64,000 bases of DNA. Origin: Narcine bancroftii (Eukaryota). The stretch covers positions 348,626,001 to 348,690,000 of the forward strand of contig NC_091470.1 of the NCBI RefSeq assembly GCF_036971445.1, written 5' to 3'. Of this stretch, positions 51,765 to 64,000 are shown one piece after another (position 1 is the stretch's first letter; every line of letters starts with the position of its first letter). Both the position numbers and the translations under genes were made by a program. The notes below the pieces were generated by a model. That model was not told the DNA's origin, made no database searches, and saw only the letters and a list, made by a program, of their open reading frames with translations.

Positions 51765-54490
51765 GATCACTATGTATTGATGTAGGTAAAATCTCTTGTA
51801 ATAGTTTGGCCTTGATGGAGATAAATAATACATTAAGATCAGACATTGGTCTAAATGACCCACATTCCATTTTATCCTTGCCTTCTTTCAGTGTATCTGT
51901 ATCGCCTCCTTCCAGCTGGGAGGCATTTGCACCTTTTTTAATGTGGGGAGTAAAACAGGAATTAATTCATTTTTATATTCTTTATATTCTCTGTATCCAT
52001 CTGATCCTGGTGACTTGCTTAATTTAAGCCTACTAGTTGCAATTTTTAGTTCAACTTCATTTATTCAATTCAAAAGCTTCTTAAATTTCATTTAGCTTAT
52101 TTTATTTTTATCACTTTTGTTCTTGGATCCCTAACTCTATGAATTGTATTTTCTTCTATCTTTTTTCCCAGTTTCCATGCCAATATTTTCATAGATTTAG
52201 ATCCCACTTTCATAGTGTCTCTGTTTCCAAAACATTAACTTTTTCCTAATTTCTTGTGTAGCCAACCTATTAATTTCATTCCTAATTTTAAAAATTTCTT
52301 CTAATGTATCCTGTGCCAAACTCAATTTGTGATTTTTTTTTAGTTTCTTTAGTTTATTTTGTAATTCCTCAAGTTTTTATTCCTTACTTTTGAAGATATC
52401 ATGATAATTTTCCTTCTTATGACAGCCTTCAGAGTATTCCATAAAACAGAAGGTAAAAACTCTCCATTACCGTTGAGTTCTAAGTAAAGATCAATTTATT
52501 TTTTAATTTGTTCCTTAAAATAGTGATCATTGAGTAGATTTTAATTTAGCTTCCAAATAGTATTCTTTGGTTGTAGGTCAAAATCAACAGGTAAATATAT
52601 AGATGCATGGTCACTTAGATCTATCATCCCAATTCCACAGGTGTCTATTTTGCCTTTATCTTTTCCAAATGTTATGAAATTCTTGAATATAAATAGAGGG
52701 CAGAGAATAATCTCTTCTGTCGAGAAAAAGGTCCCTTCATATAGCAATTGAATAATACTCAAAAAGTGTATTAACTTTCTTATTTAGAGACAATTGGAAG
52801 AGGCTAACTTTGGTTGTAATTGTAAATTTCATTCTCTCCCACATATTTAAGAGTCCTTCTGTTTCCATTACCATAATATTAGTGATTTTCTGGAAGAAAC
52901 TAATATCACTTCTTGGAGGTGCGTGTATATTCAATAGAGTAACTGGATTCCCATCTATATTCCCCATTACTAGGATATATCTGTCCTTCTTATCTTTCAT
53001 TTCAAATATTTTTCTAAAATTTAGCTTGTTTGAGATGAGAATAGCAACTTCTCTCCAATGTCCTGATTTATAGGAGGAGGAAAACAAATTAGTGAAGCCC
53101 ACTCTCCTCAGTTTTTCATGCTTATTATTATTTAAATTAGTTTCTTGTAAATATACTACATGGGCTTGTTCTTTCTTCACTTTAGATAGAATGTTATTAT
53201 GTTTTATTGGATTTAACAGCCCATTAACATTAAAAGAAATGAATTTTACCTTATCTTTAACCATGTATATCTGTCAATATATCATAGAATTTTACTACGT
53301 TTTATTGGATTTAACAGCCCATTAACATTAAAAGAAATTAATTTTACCTTATCCTTAACCATGATATCTGACAATTTATCATTGAAATTAGCAGAATAGA
53401 GCTTAATCAATCTACTCACTGAACAGATACGAAGAATGAAAAAAAAAACAACAAAAGTGTGATTCCAAGGCTGGGGTCTCTAATAAATGATGCTAAATTG
53501 AGCTAGAGAAAGAGTCCAGCTGTGGGAGTCAGCCTCTCTTACCTGTGAGTTGATGGCCCCATTGCAGTATCCACTAAAGTAAATGAAAAAAACTGTCCAT
53601 TTTGCAGAAAACACATTTCTTTGAAACTGAAAAGTGCTTTCAAAGCTTCATAATTAAAAATCTAGATTCTTGCCAATTAAATGTCTGTTCAGAATATAAT
53701 TCATCCCATGTACTATGTATATTCTCATTTATATGGAGAAAGAGGAATGAATGAATGTAATACTTACTTCTTGAGTAAGAATAGCCCTGTCTATTTTTCC
53801 TACTGTTTTGCTTATCAACACTTTTGAAATTAGTCAGATCTTATGACCCTTCTAGAGAGGGTGAGGTCTGTCTTCTGAAAATGTAGTCTCTTCCTGATAT
53901 TCTTCTCTTGCCCTCCTTCCATGATTCTGTCACTATTTCCCAAATAGAATGCTTAGATAGACTTTCCCTCAGTTTGACCACGCTGATGGACAACCCTCTG
54001 TCCTTCATGTCTGGAGTCACTTCTTCCACTGTCTGATGCGATCACATCCTGTCTTCATAAAACACTCACAGTTTAGCAGTGTGCAGAATCTCGAAGATAA
54101 TCTTTCTTTGCTTTAATACTTGCTTCACTTCAGAATATTCCTTACATTTCTGAAGGACCGCTGGGACGTAATCTTGATCAAAATATATTAATTTCCCATT
54201 CAAAAATACCTTCTTCTTTATCCAAGCCCTGCGCAGAATCTCTGCTTTGCTTTTGTACCAAAGGAATCGGATTACTATTGACCTTGGCTTATCTTCCATT
54301 TCTCCAGAAGGCCTTGGGACGAGCGCATGATGTTCTCTCTGTCGCAAGTTGCATATTTGGGGGAATATCCAGCGTGTCTCATAGTAACTTTTCTATAAAC
54401 CCCTCCACTCCTTTGGGGACATTATATATCCTAATATTCTTCTGTCGTGACCTTTCTTCTTGATTGAGTAGTTTATTTTCTTGTTGAAAA
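51765..54490 (-). mobile_element. Decayed L1 LINE: ORF1 plus ORF2 endonuclease region
   Basis: ORF1 KPRSIVIRFL...IYFDQDY at 54066-54347. APE motifs ISFNVNGL, VYLQET and SDH...WKLN at 52541-53264. A 98-bp tandem duplication covers the ORF2 start (53201/53299). Confidence 0.85.
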
Positions 54491-54652
54491 TGCGTGGATG
54501 TGATGATTGGAAAGAAAGAGATTTATGGGAAATGAAATGGTAATGGGAGCAGAACATTGAATATAAAACATTTGTGCGCCAGCTCTGCCAACCTCTCTAA
54601 CCTCTCTCCCTCTCACACACACACACACACACATATAAATATATATATATAT

Positions 54653-56009
54653 CTTTGGCTTGGCTTCGCGGACGAAGATTTATGGAGGGAGTAAATGTCC
54701 ACGTCAGCTGCAGGCTCGTTTGTGGCTGACAAGTCCGATGCGGGACAGGCAGACACGGTTGCAGCGGTTGCAGGGGAAAATTGGTTGGTTGGGGTTGGGT
54801 GTTGGGTTTTTCCTCCTTTGTCTTTTGTCAGTGAGGTGGGCTCTGCGGTCTTCTTCAAAGGAGGTTGCTGCCCGCCAAACTGTGAGGCGCCAAGATGCAC
54901 GGTTTGAGGCGATATCAACCCACTGGCGGTGGTCAATATGGCAGGCACCAAGAGATTTCTTTAGGCAGTCCTTGTACCGCTTCTTTGGTGCACCTCTGTC
55001 ATGGTGGCCAGTGGAGAGCTCGCCATATAACACGATCTTGGGAAGGCGATGGTCCTCCATTCTGGAGACGTGACCTACCCAGCGCAGTTGGATCTTCAGC
55101 AGCGTTGATTCGATGCTGTCGGCATCTGCCATCTCGAGTATTTCGATGTTAGGGATGAAGTCGCTCGAATGAATGTTGAGGATGGAGCGGAGACAACGCT
55201 GGTGGAAGCGTTCTAGGAGCCGTAGGTGATGCCGGTAGAGGACCCATGATTCGGAGCAAAACAGAAGTGTGGGTATGACAACGGCTCTGTATACGCTTAT
55301 CTTTGTGAGGTTTTTCAGTTGGTTGTTTTTCCAGACTCTTTTGTGTAGTCTTTCAAATGCACTATTTGCCTTGGCCAGTCTGTTGTCTATCTCGTTGTCG
55401 ATCCTTGCATCTGATGAAATGGTGCAGCCGAGATAGGTAAACTGGTTGACCGTTTTGAGTTTTGTGTGCCCGATGGAGATGTTGGGGGGCTGGTAGTCAT
55501 GGTGGGGATCTGGCTGATGGAGGACCTCAGTTTTCTTCAGGCTGACTTCCAGGCCAAACATTTTGGCAGTTTCCGCAAAACAGGACGTCAAGCGCTGAAG
55601 AGCTGGCTCTGAATGGGCAACTAAAGCGGCATCGTCTGCAAAGAGTAGTTCACGGACAAGTTGCTCTTGTGTCTTATCACAGTGCGGCTTTCGCGCAAAC
55701 AGAGGAACTACTGACATGGTCTTTGCCCTCAGACAGCTCCAATAAAAGTGCAGAGAACAAAACAAAGGACTCTACTTCACCTTTGTTGACCTCACCAAAG
55801 CCTTCGACACCGTGAGCAGGAAAGGGCTTTGGCAAATACTAGAGCGCATCGGATGCCCCCCAAAGTTCCTCAACATGGTTATCCAACTGCACGAAAACCA
55901 ACAAGGTCGGGTCAGATACAGCAATGAGCTCTCTGAACCCTTCTCCATTAACAATGGCGTGAAGCAAGGCTGCGTTCTCGCACCAACCCTCTTTTCAATC
56001 TTCTTCAGC
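54653..56009 (-). mobile_element. Young RTE-clade LINE, 5'-truncated with an inverted 5' segment
   Basis: Minus strand 54653-55675 encodes ELLFADDAALVA through the C-terminal CNRC finger with an open frame. Plus strand ~55680-56009 encodes the upstream RT motifs QCGFR, FVDLTKAFDTV and GVKQGCVLAPTLF. Confidence 0.9.
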
Positions 56010-56181
56010 NNNNNNNNNNNNNNNNNNNNNNNNNNNNNNNNNNNNNNNNNNNNNNNNNNNNNNNNNNNNNNNNNNNNNNNNNNNNNNNNNNNNNNNNNNN
56101 NNNNNNNNNNNNNNNNNNNNNNNNNNNNNNNNNNNNNNNNNNNNNNNNNNNNNNNNNNNNNNNNNNNNNNNNNNNNNNNNN
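56010..56181. other. Assembly gap (172 N)
   Basis: Run of N. Confidence 1.
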
Positions 56182-56519
56182 CTGACTATTTTATCTATCG
56201 TTACTCATTCCATTTGACCACTTTAGGTACCTATCTTTACGAACCTACCTTTTAAACCTAGTAATGCATCTGATCCACCAGCATTTACAGAAATCAAGTT
56301 GAGATATTAAATATATCTAGTGTAAAAAAAATCTGCCCTCAAATTCTCTTTGAAACTGAATAGTGCTTTCAAAGCTTCGTCTCAAATACAATGAACCAAT
56401 GTTCCGTATTTTAGCTGCAAACCTTCAGGATTAAAAATCTAGATTCTTGCCAATTAAATGTCTGTTCAGAATATAATTTGTCTCTGCACTTTTGGAAAGC
56501 TTTACCCCTTTACTTCTTT

Positions 56520-57750
56520 TCTTTTTCTGTGTTTTTTAATAATAACTAAAGGTAACAAAACTGAAAATACAGTTTCACATATACATCAAGATAAAATATC
56601 AAACAGTATAAACTCGCCCCCCCCCCCATCCATTGCACTGATAAAGACAATAAATTTATCAAAAATATTAAAGATATAAAAATGTACACCTATCCCACTC
56701 TATGAAAAAAATAAAAACTAACCAAAAAACATCTGGGCAGCTTATCCTGAGGCTTACATATATTTTGTAGCTTTTGATTCACACCATGATTCAAAAAAAT
56801 GAAGGTGAGACTATCTCTCATCTGGAAAATTAAGTACATCCAATCGCATTAAAAACATTTACATCTAATGAAAATAAGACATAAAAGGTCACCATGTATC
56901 TTCATATTTCACCGATAAATCAAATACAGGATATCTAATTTTTTTTCTAAACTTAAACAGGACATATTATGAAAGAACCATTGAAACACTGTTGGAGGAC
57001 TAGAGTCTTTCCATTTGAAATAAGATGGCTCTTCTAGCCAACAAGGTAGAGAAGGCCACAACCTGTTGCCCAAGTACAGAAAACTCCCAATGTCTGGGTC
57101 AATCACCCCCAAAAAGAGCAGTTACTGGATTGGGTCGAAGCTCCACCTGAATTACAGTTGGAAAAATATTAAAAATTTCTTTCCAACAGTATTCTAAGGA
57201 TGGACAGAACAAAACAAATGAGACAATGTAGCAATATCAGATTTGCCTCTTTCACAAGTAGGGTTAATATTAATAAAGATACAAGCCATCTTATCTTTGG
57301 ACGTGTATGCAGTTTTTGTTCTACGTTAGGAGACCTAGACAGGGATGTCCCCTTAGCCCCTTATCCCTTAGAGGTTCAAGAGATTGACAGAAATGTGTAT
57401 CGATTACTTGAAAAGATAATGTAGAAATTAATATAGTTCGTTGGCATAATGAATTGAGATCTTGTATTTATATGCAAACAATAGCATATAATCTACATGA
57501 TAATTATTCTTTCTTTGTTCAAATGTGGTCACCTTATTTGGAGTGTATGGTTTTAGAAATATCTTAAAATGTTGTATTGTTTATTTTTAAATTTGTAATC
57601 ATTTGAAATATTGTTTTTTTTTAGCTCCCCATGCGGGGCTGGCTGAGGGGGGAAAGGAGGGAGGGTGGGTTGTCTGATGATTTGTTTATTATATTTCTTT
57701 TTATGTAATGTTTTTATATTATTTTTAAAAGTTTTAAATAATGTTTTTAA
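56520..57750. mobile_element. Rearranged L1 fragments: minus-strand 3' end, then plus-strand RT and 3' pieces
   Basis: T-rich tail at ~56520 with minus-strand ORF2 C-terminal remnant. The plus strand encodes RQGCPLSPL at ~57337. Confidence 0.6.
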
Positions 57751-57927
57751 AATAGTTAACTTTTTCTGCTTAATATGCAGGTCCCTATCACACTCAAGTT
57801 CGATTAAAGATTGTCAGAAATAATTTCACATACTGTACTTAGAGGTTAAAGTTACTAAATGATTTAAATATTTATATAAACTTAAATTTTTCTCCTCTAT
57901 TCGAGTATGTGAGATTGTCTTCTAGAT

Positions 57928-58302
57928 CAGAGGTTCCCAACCTTTTACTTTCCACTCACATCCCACTTTAAGTATTCCCTGTGCCATAAGTGTTCTGTGA
58001 TTAGTAAATGATTGCTTAAGGTGGTACGTGAGTAGGACGGGAAGGTTGAAAATCACTGCTCTAGACCCAATTATTACTGAAATATTTTGCTTGAGAAAAA
58101 TTGTCACTGGCCCATTTCCTTTGGAGTTATGACACTGTGCAAATAACGAATCAATTTGGAATGATTAAAACAGTGGTTTTCAAACTTTTTGTTTCCACCC
58201 ACATACCACCTTAAGCAATCCCTTACTCATCACAGAACACTTATGGCATAGGGAATACTTAAAGTGGTATGTGAGTGGAAAGTAAAAGGTTGGGAACCAC
58301 TG
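57928..58302. mobile_element. hAT-Charlie composite MITE
   Basis: Perfect 8-bp TSD TTCTAGAT. Two inverted ~130-bp subunits, each with its own TIRs, flank a core. Single subunits occur at ~28691-28800 and ~40150-40252. Confidence 0.85.
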
Positions 58303-59404
58303 TTCTAGATGATCTCCTTTATCAGTATCTTTAATAGGTCATATTAATGCAGTTAAAATGAAAACATTACTTAAGTTTTTATATCTATTTCAAGCGATTC
58401 CAGTTTTAATCCTGAAGTATTTTTTGATAATATTGATTCAAAAGTTTCTTCCTTTATTTGTAAAAACCCCTTTCTTTTCCTTCAAACATTTGTGGGGCGA
58501 TGTCTGAGCACAAGCCATTCTCTTGTGCTCTCATTTTCTCCAGCTGCAGTACGCTTTGCTGATTGAAGGTCACCTTCCATTGTTTTCTGCTGTAATCTGC
58601 ACCATTAACCATTCAATATTGACCACTAGAAATGTAATTGAATTCTTGGAACATGGTAATATCCAGTTCATAAGTTGTAATAGGGACGGGGATTGTCACA
58701 GAATGATAAGATGCCTTCTGGTCCTGTCTCTGTCTCCATTTCACAGACAAAGTATCTAGTGACATTCATTTCAAACCCACTGACTCCCTCAGCTACATCA
58801 CCTACCACACAGACTCTTGTAGGGATGCCATTCCTACCTCAGTTTCTATGTCTTCATTGCATCTGCTCTCATTTTAGTTGCATAGGAACCAAAATGTTTT
58901 TTTGTTTTTTTAGCTAACAGAGCTTCTAGTCTACTGTGGGTGACGGAGTCCTCATCACATTTCCTCTATTTTTTCTGTTCTCACTCTTCCTTCAAGTTCA
59001 ATATCATCTGAATGTACATATTCGACTGATGAAACAGTGTTTCTCTGGACCAAAGTGGACACATAATTATAATTAAGTACATTATGATCACAGATTATAC
59101 ATAAATATATAATTTAAAATAAATATATATAAATATTTTTGAATGATTTGCTGAGATACAGGATACTGCTCATCAATCCTATGGCCTGCGGGAAGAAGTT
59201 ATTTCCTCACCTTTCATCCTCTCTGCCTCTGCATCCAGCACATCCTATATGGTCAATTTGGCAAGCTTCCAGGAGTTTGTTTTTGTTACAAGATGATTAC
59301 CAGATAAAGGGAGGCCATTCAGCCCTTTGAGTCTGTATCAGCTTTCTACAAGGATAATCTAAATAGTGCCATCTCACCCATTCTTCTCTCAGCCTTTTGG
59401 CAAA

Positions 59405-61840
59405 TTCACAAGATCACAAGACAAAGGAACAGAAACAGGTCACTAGGCCCATTGAGTCTGTTCCGTAAAACTACACTAAGCTACTCTACATTAGTTCCGA
59501 TTTCTGGCCTTTTCCCCATATCCCTTGATGCCCTCACTAATGAGATACTTGTCTATTTCTTGTTTAAATACTCCCAGTGATCTGGCTTCCACTGCTGTAT
59601 GTGGCAGCGAGTTCCACAGATCCACAACCCTCTGGCTAAGGAAGTTCTTCCTAATCTCTGTTTTACATGGATAACCTCTAATTTTCAGACTATGACCCCT
59701 TGTCCTCAATTCACCCAGCAAAGGAAACATCTTACCCTCATCCACCCTATCTAAACGTTTCAAAATATGAAAAGCCTCTATGAGATCTCCTCATTCTCCT
59801 GTACTCCAATGAATACAACCCAAGAGCTGCCAAACCCTCCTTGTACATTAGCCCTTGCATTCTGGGAATTATCCTAGTAAATCTCCTCTGCATCCTCTCC
59901 AACAACATCACATTCTTTCGAAGATAGGGGGCCAAAAACTGCACGCAGCACTCAAAATGAGGCCTCACCAGTGCCCCATAGAGCCTCATCAACATCTCTT
60001 TACTCTTGTACACTATTCCTCTTGAAATGAATCCCAACATAACAATCACTTTCTTCACTACCAATTTCACCTGGTCATTAACTTTAGGTTTCCCTGCACG
60101 AGGACACCCAGGTCCCTTTGCACATCCGAGGTCTGAATTTTTACCCCATCCAAATAGTATTCTGCCTGTTTATTTTCACTGCCAAAATGTACAACTGTAC
60201 ATTTCTCTATGTTAAATCTCATCTGCAATAATTTTGCACAGTCTCCTAATCTGTCTATGTCCTTCTGCAACTTACAGTTTCTACTACACATCCTACTCCG
60301 CCACCTATCTTGGTGTCATCTGCAAATTTAGCCACAAAACCATTCATACCACAATCCAAATCATTAATATTAATTGTAAACAGCAGCGGCCCCAATACCG
60401 GCCCCTGTGGAACACCACTAGTTACAGGCAGCCATCCAGAATGGGAACCCTTAATTTCAACCCTTTGCTTCCTGCCTGTCAGCCACTTTTCTATCCAGTT
60501 TAATAACTTCCCTGTAATTCCATGGGCCCTCATCTTTCTTAGCAGCCTAATATGTGGCACTTTATCAAAAGCCTTTTGAAAATCTAAATAGATAACATCC
60601 ACAGCCTCTCCTTTGTCTATCCTACTTGAGTTTTCTTCAAAAACCTCTAATAGGTTGGTCAGACAGGATCTCTTTTTTTTTTCTTTGGCTTGGCTTCGCG
60701 GATGAAGATTTATGGAGGGGTATGTCCACGTCTGCTGCAGGCTCGTTGGTGACTGACAAGTCCGATGCGGGACAGGCAGGCACAGTTGCAGCGGTTGCAA
60801 GGGAAAATTGGTTGGTCGGGGTTGGGTGTTGGGTTTTTCTTCCTTTCTCTTTTGTCAGTGAGGTGGGCTCTGCAGTCTTCTTCAAAGGAGGTTGCTGCCC
60901 GCCGAACTGTGAGGCGCCAAGATGCACGGTTGGAGGCAATATCAGCCTACTGATGGTGGTCAATGTGGCAGGCACCAAGAGATTTCTTTAAGCAGTCCTT
61001 GTTCCTCTTCTTTGGTGCACCTCTGTCTCAGTGGCCAGTGGAGAGCTCGCCATCGTACATGATCTTGGGAAGGTGATGGTCCTCCAATCTGGAGACATGA
61101 CCCACCCAGCGCAGTTAGGTCTTCAGCAGCATGGATTCGATGCTTGTGCTTGCGGACTCTGCCAGCTCAAGTACTTCGCTGTTGGTGATGAGGTCATTCC
61201 AATGAATGTTGAGGATGGAGCGGAGACAGCGCTGATGGAAGCGTTGTAGGAGCCGTAGGTAATGCCGGTAGAGGACCCATGATTCAGAGCCGAACAGGAG
61301 CGTGGGTATGACAACGGCTTTGTACACGTTGATCTTTGTGTGTTTTTTCAGGTGGTTGTTTTTGCAGACTCTTTTGTGTAGTCTTCCAAAGGCGCTATTT
61401 GCCTTGGCGAGTCTGTTGTCTATCACTTTCTCGATCCTTGCACCAGATGAAATGGTGCAGCCGAGGTAGGTAAACTGGTTGACCGTTTTGAGTTCAGTGT
61501 ACCCGATGGAGATGTGGGGTGGGGGGGGGTTGGTGGTCATGGTGGGGAGCTGGCTGATGAAGGACCTCAGTTTTCTTCAGGCTGACTTCCAGGCCAAACA
61601 TTTTGGCAGTTTCCGCAAAACAGGATGTCATGCGCTGGAGAGCTGGCTCTGAACGGGCAACTAAACCAGCATCGTCTTTACCCTTTAAAAAACCATGCTG
61701 ACTTGGACCTATTCTGTCATGGATCTCTAGGTAATTCATCAGCTCATCCTTGAGGATTGACTCTAATATCTTCCCAACCACTGATGTCAGACTAATCAGC
61801 CTATAGTTTCCTTTTTTCTGTCTCCCACCTTTCTTAATCA
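59405..61840 (-). mobile_element. CR1 LINE split by an RTE insertion
   Basis: Encodes SCLTNLLE, IYLDFQKAFDKVPH, SGVPQGPVLGPLLF and KFADDTK. The N-terminal part, SQHGFLKG, resumes at 61678. Confidence 0.9.
60672..61677 (-). mobile_element. 5'-truncated RTE LINE, same family as 54653-55675, nested in CR1
   Basis: Collinear with the first copy, including the gcgaagccaagccaaaga 3' end. It is truncated at the FADD motif and frameshifted. Confidence 0.9.
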
Positions 61841-63231
61841 GATATTTACAACAACTTTTTCAACACTGCAATCGAACCTGCCACTATTACTACCTCTGGT
61901 AGCCCTTAATCACACTGTGTAAAAGCATATTTTTCCGTGTCAGTTTGGTCTCAAAGGCAAATCACCTCCTGATTTAACCATAATTGCCTGGCACCTTTCT
62001 CTCAATGAGAACAGTTTATCTCAGTCAATATCATTTATAATTTTAATACTTCCTTTCAACTTATTTTCTGAAAATTACACTGCCAGCATCGTCAGTTTAC
62101 AGTTTTTCATCCTGAAATCAATCTTCTAAATCTTTTATCTATCCTCTGCAAAGCTTTATCACCTTTCATGAATTGTGAAGCCCAGAACTGGACACATGGT
62201 TCAGTTATGGTTGAACTACTGTCTTATAAAAGTTCTGCATGACAACCTTGCATCTTTACTCCATTTTCTCCATTACTCACTATTCACATCTGAGTTGTTT
62301 ATCACTTTTTCATACTATTCCACCACATTCAACCAATAATGAATATATATATATTTATCTGTTCTTGTCCCCATTTGGAATTCTCATCCCCAGAGAAACT
62401 TCTCCATACAATGCACAGTATGGTTAACCCACTACAAGTACTTATTCTTTTATCCAAAATCCACAGGGCCGGACATTTTTCACTTTTTGGATTATGGAAT
62501 TAAAGTGGCAGCGATACAGATTTTAGCAAAACAACGACACACGATGCTGGACAGAGGGATTGAGGCAGTGCTGGTTCAGGGGGGGGGGGGGGGTGGTGGG
62601 TGGGAGACATTTTCACAGTCTTCAAAGTCATTGAGCACCAGAGGCATCTGACATCAATGTTGAGCCATCTACAATGAATCAGGCGTTCTTACATAGCGAA
62701 TTGGAGACGCTGGACTCGTTTTTTCTGGTGGCACTTATAGAGTAAACATTCGTCCGTGTTCCACTAATTAGCAACATGGACCAATATGGGATTTTCAAGT
62801 GTGAGTTCAGTGTGAGTGGCATGGGGTCATGTTTGATGAGCCATAACATCCATGGAAAAAATGTTTGGTTCTTGGTTTTCAGAATTATGGTTAAAGGGAT
62901 AAGCATCTGTACCATCAAAAAGAAGGTACAGGAGGATCAAAATCAGGACTGCCAGGCCGAGGAATAGCTCCTTTGTGCAAACTGTGTGTCTGCTGAACAG
63001 TATCATGTAACCATGTAAATCATTCCATATACAGTAAAAATCTTGATACCTAGCACCTACAGAGATTTGTAGATGCTGGATAAGTTGCCTGAGACTGCCA
63101 ATTTTAAACTTCCATATATTTTATCCATTTATTTTCTGCATTTCTTTTTTCCAGATGCTTGAGGTTGCTGGTTGCTTGAATTGTGAATAACAGGGATTTT
63201 GCTGTATTTATTTTTATTATTTATGGCTTTG

Positions 63232-64000
63232 TGCATGGTAGGTCATGTTTAACAAACCTTATAAAGTTTTTCGGGGGAGGTTATCAGGAAAGTCAATGAA
63301 AGAAAGGCTGTGGATGTTGTCTACATGGACTTTAGTAAGGCCTTTAATAAGTCCCACATGGGAGGTTCAGACATGAGGTATCCATGGAGAGGGTGTAAAT
63401 AGGATTCAAAATTGGCTCTATGGGAAAAGACAAAGAGTGGTAGTGGATGATTGCTTCTCAGACTGGAAGCCCTGTGGTTAGTGGTGTGCCTCAGGGATCA
63501 GTGCTGGGATGACCAATGTTGTTTGTTGTCTATACCAATAATCTGCATGATCACATGGGAAACTGGATCAGCAAGTTTGCGGATGACGCTATGATCGAAG
63601 GTGTTATGGACAGCAAGCAAGGCTTTCAAAGCTTCCAGAGGGATTGTGGCCAATAGAAAAATGGGAAAGAAATTAGCAGATTGAATTTAATGCAGACAAG
63701 TGTAAGGGGTGGAACTCTTGAAGGACAAACCAAGGTAGGACATACACAGTAAATAGTAGGGCACTGAGGAATGTGGAGGAACAAAGGGATCTGGGAATAC
63801 AGATACATAATTCCCTGAAAGTGGAGTCACAGGTAGACAGGGTTGTAAACAAAGCTTTTGGCATCTTGGCCTTCATAAATCAAAGTATTGAGTAGAGGAG
63901 TTGGGATGTTATGGTAAGGTTGTAGAAGACATTGCTGAGGTCAAATTTGGAGCATTGTGTGCAGTTCTAGTCATCTGACAGCAGGAAGGATATCAGTAAG
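63232..64000 (+). mobile_element. CR1 RT fragment
   Basis: Encodes VDVVYMDFSKAF, SGVPQGSVLG and KFADD, with frameshifts. Confidence 0.85.

Noticed and set aside
54704-55765. 353-aa ORF as a host or novel gene
   Set aside because: It is RTE reverse transcriptase C-terminus fused to antisense sequence across the inversion junction.
60255-61781. Apparent chimeric RT proteins (181 aa and 95 aa ORFs)
   Set aside because: Read-through across RTE-into-CR1 insertion junctions in decayed elements.

Overview
Vertebrate genomic DNA, most likely a cartilaginous fish (inferred from the mix of CR1, RTE, Rex1, Penelope and V-SINE repeats). The only host coding sequence I can support is a 159-nt phase-1/phase-1 exon on the minus strand (6982-7140). 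It encodes a thrombospondin type-1 repeat that closely resembles TSR1 of ADGRB1/BAI1, so almost the whole window is probably ADGRB1 intron, with more than 56 kb upstream of this exon. That intron is packed with decayed transposable elements. These include a CsRn1-like Gypsy provirus with a 35-copy 47-bp minisatellite grown out of its protease region and an inverted self-copy, three solo LTRs with target-site duplications, and two Chapaev3 DNA transposons. CR1, L1, RTE, Rex1 and Penelope fragments, SINEs, MITEs, a ~1-kb local duplication and a 172-N gap are also present. I found no convincing new multi-gene system. The most notable signals are repeated local templated duplications and inversions, a twin-priming-like inverted RTE, a head-to-head pair of hammerhead-like motifs, and weak candidate cassette exons. 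All similarities were judged by eye from recalled sequences, not from searches, and most repeat boundaries are approximate.
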